A DNA stretch of 64,000 nucleotides from Bacillota bacterium (lineage in GTDB: Bacteria; Bacillota; DTU025): the NCBI GenBank assembly GCA_050951805.1, contig JBMNJT010000002.1, forward strand, positions 544,001-608,000, written 5' to 3'. The translations under genes and the position numbers were made by a program. This document shows positions 1-10,741 of this stretch, piece after piece. Within the stretch, counting starts at the first letter, position 1. The number at the start of each line of letters is the position of its first letter. Below the pieces are notes generated by a model. It did not search any database. It was not told the DNA's origin and saw nothing but the letters and a program-made list of their open reading frames with translations.

Positions 1-622
1 TGCGTTGCTTGAAGTTCAGGCCTGAGCCGCCCGGTGAGGATGGGATGCTTCTTTGGAACTGTTCAGGTTGCACGGTACAGATGCAATGGCGGAACGAATA
101 TCGGTCGGAAGCGACCAGCGCGAGCACTTAACTTTAGTATTATTCTTCACTGGATAGGAGGCTTCCTGCCTCGAAAGCTAGAAGCCCAATACTTGCAGAC
201 CATTTCAATGCGGTTCTCGGTTGCGTTGTCCTATCTGCCTGACCGGTGCGTATAACCCTGCGGTAGCTGCTTGATATACGTAGAACAGGGAGACAGGCTT
301 CTTTGACGGTTGGCGCAGCCCCGAAGGTTCTTCATTTGATTGACGATTCCGCAGGTCATTCATCACAGCCATTACCGATGGAGTCGTAGCCGCCTACATA
401 ACCCTTCGAGGTGCTTTCCGGATATCGGGGCACGGAATCTGGCCGCTCACGAATGCTCTGACATATCGTGAATAGCATTATGTCAAGAACCCGCGGCCTT
501 GCGAGGTAGATGCGCTGACGGCTGGGCAGTCTTGATGTAGTAGGTTCTGTGAAGGCTGGAAAGGTCAATATGTATTCGGGCACGCGCAGTGAAGTTGGCT
601 GCAGGGTGCGCGAGTTCGGCTT

Positions 623-642
623 ACTTGCAATATATTGCAAGT
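623..642. promoter_or_regulatory. Perfect 20-bp palindrome, candidate operator upstream of P5C dehydrogenase
   Basis: ACTTGCAATATATTGCAAGT equals its own reverse complement; about 300 bp upstream of the 945 start. Confidence 0.45.
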
Positions 643-944
643 TGAGTGCAAGTTGTAGGATTCCTGCCATTTTTGTCGAATCTGCCATATAGCGCCTCCG
701 AGTCATCTCTTCTTACCCGATGATGCTGGAGCGGACATGACCGGTGGCAACTACGTTGTTGCCTGAGGGTCTGGCTGGAAACGGCCTGGCCTCCCGTGTT
801 TGGAAAGGAGCGCAGGCAGGCTCCGTCACATGCGCGTTCGGTGGCGGACAGGGCATGCCATGCGCTTGCAAGACACGAAACGTCTCTTTGTTCACTGTGT
901 TGTGATGCTGACCCTCGGCAACGTTAGGAAAGGGGTCTATTCCG

Positions 945-2486
945 TTGAAGCAGTTTTCCAATGAACCATTGATGGACTTCTCGATTGTGGAAAATCGAGA
1001 CAGGATGGCTGATGCCCTGGCGACTGTGGAAGAGGAATTCGGACACTATTATCCCCTTATAATCGCAGGTCAACGCGTGGAAACCGAAGAAAGAGTCGCG
1101 TCGGTCAATCCTTGCGCACACGAGCAGGTAGTGGGCTATGTCGCCCAAGCTGACCGGGCCCAGGCCGAAATGGCTATGGAGGAGGCTTGGAAGGCTTTCG
1201 AGACCTGGCGTGAGGTTCCCGCTGAAGGACGCGCTGCTACAGTCCTGAGGCTGTCTGCGCTGATGCGCAAGCGCAAAGCGGAACTCGCTGCCTGGCTCGT
1301 TTTCGAAGTGGGCAAGAATTGGGTGGAGGCGGATGCAGATGTAGCTGAGGCCATCGATTTCTGCGAGTACTACGCTCGGGAGATGATACGGTATGAAGGC
1401 CTCAATCAAGTGTATCCACACCCCAACGAGCAGAATGTGCAGCGTTATATCCCCCTCGGAGTAGGGGTGGTGATCAGCCCGTGGAATTTCCCGTTGGCGA
1501 TCCTCACTGGGATGACGACTGCCGCGGTAGTGGCCGGAAACACTGTGATCATAAAGCCCGCAAATACTGCTGGTGTGATAGCGGCCAAGTTGATGGAGCT
1601 CGTGGATGAGGCAGGTTTTCCTCCAGGCGTCATCAACTACCTGCCCAGCAGCGGCAAAACCATAGGTGACTACCTAGTCCAGCATCCTAAGACAAGGTTT
1701 ATCAACTTTACCGGATCGAAAGATGTGGGCCTTCACATTAACGAAGTGGCCGCCAAACATCAGCCAGGTCAGATATGGATCAAGCGCGTAGTGGCAGAGA
1801 TGGGCGGTAAGGACTTCATCATCGTGGATGAGACGGCTGATTTGGACAAAGCGGCTATGGGGATAGTCAAGTCGGCCTTCGGATACCAAGGGCAAAAGTG
1901 TTCTGCTTGTTCAAGAGCGATAATCGTGGACTCGGTTTACGACGAAGTTCTCGAGAAGACGAGAGAGATGGCTGCCGAATTGAGAGTGGGGGAAGCTGCA
2001 GCAAACTTCGCCGTTAATGCGGTTATCGATGAGAAAGCTTTCAGGAGCATTTCCAACTATATCGATATTGGCCGTGAAGAAGGAAGAATTGTGCTGGGCG
2101 GCGATCGTGATTCCAGTGTCGGGTATTACATAGAGCCCACCATCATAGAGGGTGTGTCTCCCCATGCACGCGTGGCCCAGGAGGAGATTTTCGGGCCTGT
2201 GCTCGCATTTATCCGGGCGGACAGCTATGACCATGCGGTGGAGATCGCCAATTGCACGGAATATGGGCTCACGGGTTCCGTCTACAGCAGGAATAGGGCG
2301 CGATTGGAGTCTGCCAAGGACAAGGTTCATGTGGGAAATCTATATCTTAACAGGCATTGCACCGGGGCATTGGTTGGGCTCCATCCGTTTGGCGGTTTCA
2401 ACCTGAGCGGGACCGACAGCAAGGCGGGGGGCCCCGACTACTTGCTCCTTTTCATGCAGGCTAAAGCGATTTCAGAGGCTATGTAA
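945..2486 (+). CDS. pruA: L-glutamate gamma-semialdehyde (P5C) dehydrogenase
   Basis: ALDH motifs SPWNFP, FTGS, AEMGGKD, GQKCSACSR, EEIFGPV, PFGGFNLSGTDSKAGGPDYL; TTG start with RBS AGGAAAGGGG. Confidence 0.93.
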   Translation: MKQFSNEPLMDFSIVENRDRMADALATVEEEFGHYYPLIIAGQRVETEERVASVNPCAHEQVVGYVAQADRAQAEMAMEEAWKAFETWREVPAEGRAATVLRLSALMRKRKAELAAWLVFEVGKNWVEADADVAEAIDFCEYYAREMIRYEGLNQVYPHPNEQNVQRYIPLGVGVVISPWNFPLAILTGMTTAAVVAGNTVIIKPANTAGVIAAKLMELVDEAGFPPGVINYLPSSGKTIGDYLVQHPKTRFINFTGSKDVGLHINEVAAKHQPGQIWIKRVVAEMGGKDFIIVDETADLDKAAMGIVKSAFGYQGQKCSACSRAIIVDSVYDEVLEKTREMAAELRVGEAAANFAVNAVIDEKAFRSISNYIDIGREEGRIVLGGDRDSSVGYYIEPTIIEGVSPHARVAQEEIFGPVLAFIRADSYDHAVEIANCTEYGLTGSVYSRNRARLESAKDKVHVGNLYLNRHCTGALVGLHPFGGFNLSGTDSKAGGPDYLLLFMQAKAISEAM

Positions 2487-2540
2487 GGTCTAAAGCTCGC
2501 AAAAGATCGGAGTTTATCTCCGCCCTCCGCCATGATACAA

Positions 2541-2585
2541 TGGCCGAGCCTTAAGATGGCAAAGAGCATCTTTGTGGGCTCGGCC
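2541..2585. terminator. Hairpin between convergent genes (likely terminator)
   Basis: GGCCGAGCC...GGCTCGGCC inverted repeat. Confidence 0.55.
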
Positions 2586-2601
2586 TCGTCCTTTTACGCG
2601 T

Positions 2602-3108
2602 TCATGCCGAAAGATAGGCGAGGCCTAACCCCAGCAGTAAGAGGCCGAGAAGCAGACAACTGGCGAGAATGGTGTATGTGACGATGACTTGTAACCCGAT
2701 CAGCTTCGACTGGTGCAGAAGCCATACAAGAAGGGGTATCAGCGGTGGCAGGGCAAGGGGGATCGCGGTCCCTGCAATTGCGAGGGCTGAGGCGATTATC
2801 AACAGCACGCCTGCGAGTCCTACCAAAAGCTTGTGACTAAACCTGGCAGATGTGGACGCAGAACATGAGAAGCCCGACCGAATCCGCGTTTTATCAGCGC
2901 GCGCAAGATCCCTATCGTACTGGGCGCGACGGGTGGGGTCGATAAGTGTGCTGTATGCCCGGGAAATAGCTAAAAAGCGTTCGTGCGCCTCAGGGCTGTG
3001 GCACACGTCGGGATGCCACAGCCTAGCTTTCTCGCGAAAGGCCGCCCTTATCAGTTCTTCACCGGCGTGTTGAGAAACGCCGAGAATAGCGTAATAGTCG
3101 ATCATCAT
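2602..3108 (-). CDS. J-domain (DnaJ-like) protein with C-terminal transmembrane segments
   Basis: DYYAILGV...WHPD...YSTLIDPTRRAQYD J-domain; hydrophobic C-terminal half. Confidence 0.85.
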   Translation of the reverse strand: MMIDYYAILGVSQHAGEELIRAAFREKARLWHPDVCHSPEAHERFLAISRAYSTLIDPTRRAQYDRDLARADKTRIRSGFSCSASTSARFSHKLLVGLAGVLLIIASALAIAGTAIPLALPPLIPLLVWLLHQSKLIGLQVIVTYTILASCLLLGLLLLGLGLAYLSA

Positions 3109-3132
3109 GCACCACCATCATGCGTGTGGGGC

Positions 3133-3651
3133 TCAATCGCGCTTTGCCTTCCATTCTTTGAGCATGATCAGCCCCAGTCTGGCATTGTGCGCATTGAACA
3201 CGATTCTGCCATCTGGCATTAGAATGCCCGCCTCACAGGGCCGCTCCGTCATTGCCCACTCGATGAAGTCGTTCAGAACGCGCCCGATTGCGGCCTTAGT
3301 CTGAGGAACGGGTCTGGCTATGATCGACTTGATCATACCGTCAGCCACCTCGAACTCCGCCTCATACTGGGCTGTCCCGATTCCTGTTTCGAGGAGCCAT
3401 TCACTAGACGCCATTACTCGGGCGCGCAGCCTGTTTTCCTTTACAGAGACAGGATTAATGTGTATGTGAGTATGCAGCTCGATATCGTAATCAGTCTTTC
3501 CTTGAAGGGCGGGTTTGCCCTCTATGGCCATGATGTTTTCGACTTGGAATTTTGCGTCCGGGGCGTATAGAGAGTTTATGGTTTTCGCATCATGATCGTT
3601 GTAGGCGTCCTCAAATGCTCGGACAACGTCGAGAGGTTCACCGGCAATCAC
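3133..3651 (-). CDS. NTF2/SnoaL-like family protein
   Basis: VVRAFEDAYNDHD...LYAPDA...IEGK and terminal VADGMIKSI pattern. Confidence 0.65.
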   Translation of the reverse strand: MIAGEPLDVVRAFEDAYNDHDAKTINSLYAPDAKFQVENIMAIEGKPALQGKTDYDIELHTHIHINPVSVKENRLRARVMASSEWLLETGIGTAQYEAEFEVADGMIKSIIARPVPQTKAAIGRVLNDFIEWAMTERPCEAGILMPDGRIVFNAHNARLGLIMLKEWKAKRD

Positions 3652-4260
3652 ATTCCAACACCTCGCTCATCTTGATCAGATTGTCGAACGTCGCTAGCGC
3701 AGGATTTTCTGAGCGCGCGATGGATCATGGATGATAGCCTAGAGGATTGAAGATGGGCTTGATCCTCCTTCACGTGTATCTCCTGAGGATTTGTCAGACA
3801 GCCGGGTTGCATATTGCCTATTCTAGATTCGCCCACGTACACCTGCAAACTATTCCATCAAGGCGTTTGCCTGCCACTTAGCTGCGTCCATCATAAGCGA
3901 ATACTTCCGGTCTTGCCGCTTCTGTGGTGTTGGAACGTTCAATTTGGGAGATGGCTGCACGGATCTTGAATGGTAGGTGCGTCGAGGCGTACCGCATGTC
4001 GGGGCCGAATATGACTTTAAAGCTCCCAAATATCATCTTACCATGTGCCGTGCTAGAGAAGGTGATGTATAATTGTATGAGGGTGGCTGTTCCCTCATGC
4101 TTCGCGTCGTCAAGGCAGAAGACGGGTTTGAGATGGCAAAAAAGAACGCAGACGGGGCCATGAAGATCTATTCGAATTCTAGATCTTGACGACCTCTGAT
4201 AGGGATATGCCTTTTGGCACTGTGATTTTGAAGGTGGCTGCGAACAGGAGGGATTCTTTG

Positions 4261-5040
4261 ATGATCAATGCACTCGGGCTTACCAAGAGGTTCGGCGACA
4301 CGCTTGCCGTTGACAGCCTTGATCTTCATGTAGGCGCAGGCGAGATATTCGGCTTTCTCGGTCCCAATGGAGCCGGTAAGACCACTTCTATCAATATGAT
4401 GATAGGGATTCTCACTCCTACCGCGGGTCGCGTCGAGCTCGCAGGGATAGATGTGGCAAAGGATCCTCTCAAGGCCAAGGCGATTATTGGTTACGTGCCA
4501 GACCAGCCCAATATCTACGAGAAACTTACAGCCTGGGAGTTCTTGATGTTCGTGGCCAATCTCCACGAAGTTGAGAGAGGACGGGCCGAAAAAAAGGCTA
4601 GGAACCTTTTGAAGATGTTTGATCTTCTGGATCGGGCTGATGAGCAACTGGGTGGATACTCGCATGGGATGAAGCAAAAGGTCGTCATAGCCAGCGCGCT
4701 CTTGCATGAGCCTAAGATACTGTTTATGGACGAACCTACTGTAGGACTTGATCCAGGGAGCGCTAGGCTGGTAAAGGATATCCTCCGCGAGCTTGCTTCG
4801 GAGGGCGTCACGGTTTTCATGAGCACACATGTACTAGAGATCGCAGAGCGGATGTGCGATCGGGTGGGTATTATTCAAAAGGGGAGATTGCTGGCTGTGG
4901 GCAACATGGACGATCTACGTGAGGTCGCGGCGGCCAAAGGCGCCATGAAGCATCCGGAGGCTTCCACGTTGGAAGACCTTTTCATAGAACTAACTGGCGG
5001 TTCCGATTATGCAGAAGTCTCCAGATACTTGGAGGGCTAG
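4261..5040 (+). CDS. ABC transporter ATP-binding protein (exporter type)
   Basis: Walker A GPNGAGKTT, signature YSHGMKQK, Walker B LFMDEPT; start moved to ATG 4261 behind RBS AGGAGGG. Confidence 0.92.
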   Translation: MINALGLTKRFGDTLAVDSLDLHVGAGEIFGFLGPNGAGKTTSINMMIGILTPTAGRVELAGIDVAKDPLKAKAIIGYVPDQPNIYEKLTAWEFLMFVANLHEVERGRAEKKARNLLKMFDLLDRADEQLGGYSHGMKQKVVIASALLHEPKILFMDEPTVGLDPGSARLVKDILRELASEGVTVFMSTHVLEIAERMCDRVGIIQKGRLLAVGNMDDLREVAAAKGAMKHPEASTLEDLFIELTGGSDYAEVSRYLEG

Positions 5041-5045
5041 ACGAC

Positions 5046-6839
5046 ATGGACAAGACGTTTCTCATCCTATCAGTTGAACTTCGACAAGCGTTTCGAGGAA
5101 CCCGGGGTGAGAGTGAAAAATCGAGTCAGGGCAAGCGCATAGCGAGAAATGCCCTGGGCTATTTGGCTCTTATCAGTTTGGCCATTTTCGTAGGTACCAG
5201 TGTGTACAATATCGCTGCGGCCTTGTCCGATACGCTTGCCGCTTATCCAGACATGGTGCGGGCAGTATGGTTGAACCTGATGTCAGGTTTATCACTAGGA
5301 GTTTTCGTCATGCTCTTCATGACAGGTATCTCCGTGGTCTATCAAGCTTTGTATGATTCGGGCGATCTCAAATTCCTGTTGAGCACCCCCACACCTGTGG
5401 GTTCAGTGGTTGGGGCGAAGTTGACGGTGGCCCTTGTGAGGAACCTGGCGGCGCTTGTCCCATTCATGTACCCGATATGGGTTGGATATGGTGCCGGTAG
5501 TCGCGCACCGTTCTCTTTCTACTTCATGTCCATCCTGGCGATCCTCCTCGCTGCACTGCTGTTTACCGCGGTGACGGCCATTTTCGCAATGATAGTAATG
5601 AGGAACGTTCCAACTCAGAAGATGAGGCAAGTCATCATGATCGGCTCGCTTGTTGTGGGATTTATGTTCGTCCTCGCCACGCAAGTTCTCAGCGCCAAGA
5701 TGACCCGTTCCAATGGCCTCGATGCCACAGCCTTGGCGCAGGCGGCCCAGGGCTGGGGACTGGGCAGGACATGGTATTTGCCACATGTCTGGGTGGTTAA
5801 AACGGCCTTTCTCACTACGCCGGGATTTGGATTTTCACTCTGGGAATCGCTTTTTCCTCTGGCTGTTGCTGCGATAGGGGCATTTGTAGGCGCCATAGGC
5901 TTGTCGGCCAATGCTTTTGTGACTGGTTGGTCAGCTGCAGGCGATGTGGAGACTGGCAAGTCAGGCGCCATGCGTCGTCGACGAACGCGTAAAGGGACCG
6001 GAGAGAAAGCAATCTGTTGTGAGCTGGCTGACGACGCCGAATCAGAAATGCCCGATACGATGATTCGAAGACATACCGGGCAGGGTTGGGGGATCTTTGC
6101 CAAGGACTTGACCATCATAAAGAGACAGCCCATTATATGGTATAGCATTCTTGTAGCCATAGTAGCATCTGGATTTTACCTCTATAACATGTCCTACGGG
6201 GCGCGTTCGGGCGATGTGGGAGCCATTCCCGATATAATGAAGGACGTGATTCTTTTTGTCTTAGTCATGATGTCGACGATTTCTTCAGGGCAGATAGCCG
6301 GCATGTGCATCAGTATGGATGGGGAGAGCCTCTGGCTGCTTCGATCCATGCCCATCGACCCTGGGACGTACTTCAACGCTAAAATGGCGCTGGCGGTCAT
6401 GCCCGGGGCCACAGTCTTCACCGTGCTCGCGCTGGCTATGGCTCTTATCCCCGACATTCCTCAATATCCGCTCTACCTGTCGCTTCCTGTGGGATACGCC
6501 GCCATATCCATGCTTGGCGCGCTGGAGGTCATGTCTGATGCAATGAGGCCCAATTTCAGCCTCAGAATGTCGGGGGCATCAGGGACGCAAAACCAGAAAG
6601 ACCCTGGCAAGTCGCTCATATCCTTGGGAATCAGTATGGCAGGGACATTCGTCTTGGGTGCGGCTTTTGCATTCAATAACTACTATTCGCATCTCGGCTT
6701 TTCTGAGGGTATGAGTAGACAAGCGGCAATCCTTGTTGGCACGATCGCTTTTGCAACTATAGTCGTCGCAGGACATGCGATTGCGCGAAGTCTGGCTTTA
6801 GCCAGCATCAAGCGTATATTGAGAGGCGAATCAAACTGA
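5046..6839 (+). CDS. Putative ABC-2 type permease
   Basis: Multi-pass membrane protein directly after the ATPase; DLKFLLSTP...VVGAKL and ESLWLLRSMPI...AKM motifs. Confidence 0.8.
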   Translation: MDKTFLILSVELRQAFRGTRGESEKSSQGKRIARNALGYLALISLAIFVGTSVYNIAAALSDTLAAYPDMVRAVWLNLMSGLSLGVFVMLFMTGISVVYQALYDSGDLKFLLSTPTPVGSVVGAKLTVALVRNLAALVPFMYPIWVGYGAGSRAPFSFYFMSILAILLAALLFTAVTAIFAMIVMRNVPTQKMRQVIMIGSLVVGFMFVLATQVLSAKMTRSNGLDATALAQAAQGWGLGRTWYLPHVWVVKTAFLTTPGFGFSLWESLFPLAVAAIGAFVGAIGLSANAFVTGWSAAGDVETGKSGAMRRRRTRKGTGEKAICCELADDAESEMPDTMIRRHTGQGWGIFAKDLTIIKRQPIIWYSILVAIVASGFYLYNMSYGARSGDVGAIPDIMKDVILFVLVMMSTISSGQIAGMCISMDGESLWLLRSMPIDPGTYFNAKMALAVMPGATVFTVLALAMALIPDIPQYPLYLSLPVGYAAISMLGALEVMSDAMRPNFSLRMSGASGTQNQKDPGKSLISLGISMAGTFVLGAAFAFNNYYSHLGFSEGMSRQAAILVGTIAFATIVVAGHAIARSLALASIKRILRGESN

Positions 6840-6961
6840 GCAAAAACCGCTTTGTGCTGGGCACAGGCGTACGTTGTCCCCATCGGTTTCATGGGATGCT
6901 GTAAGCGATCTAGAAGGTCGTAAAACAGAGGGGGAAGGTGGGGACCGATTGGGGATTTCCT

Positions 6962-7495
6962 ATGGACCTATCCAAATCCTTCGACTGCGTCAATCATGAT
7001 ATCGTCATGGCCAAGGTGGCTAGGGTGGTCGAAGATAGGCTGGTGCTCAAGCTTATCCGGGAGTTTTTCGAGGCTAGAGTCATGGAAGACGACGTGTGTA
7101 AGAACTGAGTAGGGCGAGGCACAAGTCGGTCCGAGGAGTCCTCTGTTCGCCAACATCATGCTGAACGACCTAGGATGAGAACTCGAGAAGAGAGGGCATA
7201 GATTCACTAAAAGTCGGCGCGCCGGAGAACGGGTGATGGCGAGCGTTCGACGTTTTGTGGAGGGGAAATCTGAAGTTCAAGCTCCAATTGTGGAAATCAG
7301 GCCGCAACCACGACCCGGGAGCGGTCTAAAGAGCGGATTTGGAGGCTCATCGGCCTCAGCGAGAGGTCGAGTATCGACAGAGGCCTTTGCGAGCTCAGTC
7401 TCTACCTGTGTGGGTGGACGGGATACTGCCGGATCGCGCGGACACCTAGGGTATACCAGAGGCTAGACTAATGGATGCAGCGATGCACGCGGCTT
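6962..7495 (+). pseudogene. Degraded group II intron reverse transcriptase/maturase (class C-like)
   Basis: Manual translation: MDLSKSFDCVNHDIVMAKVARVVEDRLVLKLIREFFEARVMED / RTE*GEAQVGPRSPLFANIMLNDLG*ELEKRGHRF-TKSRRAGERVMASVRRFVEGK / KERIWRLIG...ELSLYLCGWTGYCRIARTPRVYQRLD*W; stops, frameshifts and deletions. Confidence 0.85.
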
Positions 7496-7631
7496 GGCAA
7501 GGTCATCCAAAGCCGAAGTCTTCTCGGACACCGGTATTTTGCAAGGCAACGCGGGTTTGAATACTGGGGTGTTGCCGCGTTCTTTCCTACTGTGGATAGG
7601 CTTTTAGCGAAGTGGAAGCGCAACTTGGCGC

Positions 7632-8387
7632 TTAGGGCCGTTTGCTCGCAAGCGACCTTGCTGCTTCGGAGTCTGCATAGGCCTCATCCCATTTTGCTCC
7701 GAAATCGTCCCCGCCTGCTATGTTCGAGCTCATCATCACAGGCGGTTCAATACCCATTTCATGCAGCTTGCCAATGACCTTGACAGATATTGCGTTGACA
7801 ATCGCGATCCCAGCTAATGTTGATGTCGGGCCGATCTTTATCGGGGATGCGCACGTATCGAGCATTGCATCTCCTGGAATGCTGCAATTGTCCACCACGA
7901 TGTCTGCTGCCTCAAACAACCTCTTGCCGCTAGGATGGCGGGAAGACTCGGCTTTACTGTGTCTTACTGACGTGATAGCTATTACGGTGACCCCCCGAGA
8001 CTTGGCGCCAAGCGCCATTTCGACCGGAACCGAGTTGATGCCGGAATTGGATATGACAATAAGCGAATCGCCTGGGCGGATGCCCGAGTCGTCCAGTATG
8101 ATGCCGGCATATCCCTCCAGGCGTTCCAGGGCGGTGGCCTTTTTAGGGGAGCTGTGCAACGTCATGGCGTGTTCGACTATGGGTCTGACAGGCACCAAAC
8201 TGCCTGCCCGGTGGAACGGTTCTACGGCGACTGACGCTGAATGTCCGGTGCCAAAAAGATATAGCAGGCCTCCGTGGCTCAGCGAATTTGCAATTGCGGA
8301 AGCCGCCTTCTCGATCGCGCCCATTTGAGTCGTGGCGATTTCGTCGAGCACCTTTTCGGCGCCACGTAAATATGAATAGCCAAGCAC
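7632..8387 (-). CDS. SIS-domain sugar isomerase family protein
   Basis: LYLFGTGHS, VISNSGIN, VIAITS, ADIVVDN, GPTSTL motifs. Confidence 0.85.
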   Translation of the reverse strand: MLGYSYLRGAEKVLDEIATTQMGAIEKAASAIANSLSHGGLLYLFGTGHSASVAVEPFHRAGSLVPVRPIVEHAMTLHSSPKKATALERLEGYAGIILDDSGIRPGDSLIVISNSGINSVPVEMALGAKSRGVTVIAITSVRHSKAESSRHPSGKRLFEAADIVVDNCSIPGDAMLDTCASPIKIGPTSTLAGIAIVNAISVKVIGKLHEMGIEPPVMMSSNIAGGDDFGAKWDEAYADSEAARSLASKRP

Positions 8388-8943
8388 TGCCTAGCCCACC
8401 TCCGGACAATCCGTCCTGCTCGCGAATTTGCTACAGAATCGAGAATTCTGAACTTAATTCGATTTTCCTTCATGGTATTTGTGACAAATCGAGTCTGAAG
8501 GACAAAGATCTGTGCGGCAATGGGAATACTTCAGAAGGTATATGTATATCAATGTAGAATAAATCTACAAATCAGAGTGGTGTGTCCGTATGTCGAACTG
8601 ACGGATAGGTGAGTGCTTCAGGGGGCCAGCACGTGACAGAACTGGAGCGAGGGTGGTCGCCTGAAATTGGCAGGAAGCGAAAGGGACGTGGCATGGCTAT
8701 ATTTCGGCGCCTATCGCTGTAGCCATAAAGGCACCTCGTAGATTCTCGGATTTGGTGTACATATCGGCGCATTGCGGCGTATCTCGCGTTCGCGTTTATT
8801 TGAAAACTCTCCTTCAAAGGGATAGAATGGCATGTGCATACATTCATAGTAATGAACTGTAATCTTGACATCTGAGGATGGAGGCGTATTTGAAGGGTGT
8901 GATGTTATCTTCATCGGAGTGATGCAGGAAAAAAATCCAGTGA

Positions 8944-10392
8944 TTGGAGGGGATTGATGTGATATCTACTTTGGACTTTGCTAAGCCTTTAGTAAACCAG
9001 GCGCTTGGATATCTACAGGCAGACCCCGTAGGCAATCTGCCGAAGGCGCTTGCGATTGCGGAAAAACTGGCGTCCCAGGAGAATCACAAGCAACAGGTCC
9101 GAGAAGTCGGTAAGGCTATTCTTGACCCAGATAGCAACTGGCGTGAGCTTGCTATTCGCCTGCTAACGGAGACCCATCCCAATATAATGAAGGGTATTGG
9201 AGTTAATTTCTTCGTCAACTCTGCGCTCGTTGGAGTGCCGACACAGTATGATCTCGCAGAAGAACTGGGCGTACAGGTTCCTTACGCGATACTCATGGAC
9301 CCCACGGAAAAGTGTAATCTCAGGTGTACAGGGTGCTGGGCTGGCGACTACCAGCGCGTCCGTGAACTCCCGTTTGAGACCATGGATAGGGTATGCACCG
9401 AAGCTGAGGAATTAGGCATTTACCTTATAGTAGTATCCGGCGGGGAACCCATGGTTGCCAAGGATAAACTGATCCGTCTGGCTGAAAAGCATCCGAATCA
9501 GCTGTTTCATCCGTTCACCAATGGCACGCTGTTCGACGAGGAATTCGTCTCCGAAATGATCAGACTGGGCAACATTGCTCCCGCTATTTCCGTGGAAGGT
9601 CTCGAGGAGCAGACAGACGCAAGGCGAGGAAAGGGCGTCTATCAGAAGATAATGAACACCATGGATCTGCTGCGCGAAGCCGGATGTGTATTCGGATTCT
9701 CCGCATGCTATGCCCGCAACAACACAGAGATAATCGCCAGCGATGAGTTCATAGATACCATGATCGATAAGGGTTGCTCGTTTGGATGGTTCTTCACGTA
9801 CGTTCCTGTTGGATCCGACCCTAACCTCGATCTGATGGCAACTCCCGATCAGCGTGCTCTGATGTATGACACAGTACGTCAGTGGCGTTTCACGAAGCCG
9901 ATCTTCATGGTTGACTTCTGGAACGACGGCGAGTTCGCGCTCGGATGCATAGCGGGTGGCAGGCGCTATCTGCATATCAACGCAAATGGCGACGTTGAGC
10001 CGTGTGCATTCATTCACTATGCCGTTGATAACATAAACGAGAAGCCGCTTAAGGAGTGCCTGGCTTCGCCACTGATGAAGGCTTACCAGAAGCGGCAGCC
10101 GTTCAACGACAACATGCTGAGGCCGTGCCCGCTCATCGACAATCCTGAGAAGCTTGTCGAGATCGTGGAAGAGTCGGGTGCGCATTCCACACAGCTTGGA
10201 GAGCATCTTGTGGATCACAGAGAGCTTGCAGAGATGATCCAGGAAGGATACACCAAGCATTGGGCTCCGAAGGCTGATGAAATATGGAATGCGAATCCGC
10301 ATCCGTTTTTCGAGATGCAGAATAAGTACTACGAGGAAGAGCGGACTGAGGATAGGAAGAAGCAAAAAGAAATCCAGAGCAAACAGGGCTAA
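8944..10392 (+). CDS. Radical SAM protein with SPASM/twitch-type C-terminal domain
   Basis: CNLRCTGC, SGGEP, FTNG; CIAGGRRYLHINANGDVEPC...CPLID. Confidence 0.88.
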   Translation: MEGIDVISTLDFAKPLVNQALGYLQADPVGNLPKALAIAEKLASQENHKQQVREVGKAILDPDSNWRELAIRLLTETHPNIMKGIGVNFFVNSALVGVPTQYDLAEELGVQVPYAILMDPTEKCNLRCTGCWAGDYQRVRELPFETMDRVCTEAEELGIYLIVVSGGEPMVAKDKLIRLAEKHPNQLFHPFTNGTLFDEEFVSEMIRLGNIAPAISVEGLEEQTDARRGKGVYQKIMNTMDLLREAGCVFGFSACYARNNTEIIASDEFIDTMIDKGCSFGWFFTYVPVGSDPNLDLMATPDQRALMYDTVRQWRFTKPIFMVDFWNDGEFALGCIAGGRRYLHINANGDVEPCAFIHYAVDNINEKPLKECLASPLMKAYQKRQPFNDNMLRPCPLIDNPEKLVEIVEESGAHSTQLGEHLVDHRELAEMIQEGYTKHWAPKADEIWNANPHPFFEMQNKYYEEERTEDRKKQKEIQSKQG

Positions 10393-10417
10393 ACAGTAAC
10401 CCAACAGAATAGCATTG

Positions 10418-10446
10418 AAAGCCCGCGTCTGAGACGCGGGCTTCTT
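10418..10446 (+). terminator. Intrinsic terminator
   Basis: AAGCCCGCGTCT-G-AGACGCGGGCTT followed by CTT. Confidence 0.7.
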
Positions 10447-10741
10447 GCCGCGTTACGTCTGTCTAATGAGGCCTCTCGCGAAGTCGGCGCCCTGTTTTCT
10501 GCATGGTTTTCCGTAGCGTTACTCCTTTCCGAGCAGAACCGGTTTGGTCAACGTTTGAAGAATACAGTAGCGCGCTCCAGCGTCTAATCCCGTCTTGACC
10601 TCGTAAAACTCTTGTATTTGAGGAGACTTGCTGCGGCTCTGAATAACGACATATGCTTCATGCACAATGAGGGCTATACGGTTCGGCAGCCCGATTCTGC
10701 AAGGGAGAGTCCGAGCAGTCCAGCGGGAATGGGACATGCCC

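Noticed and set aside
741-870. Sigma54 promoter for P5C dehydrogenase
   Set aside because: Candidates (TGGCAACTACGTTGT; GGGCATGCCATGCGC) do not give a proper TGGC-N-TTGC -24/-12 arrangement.
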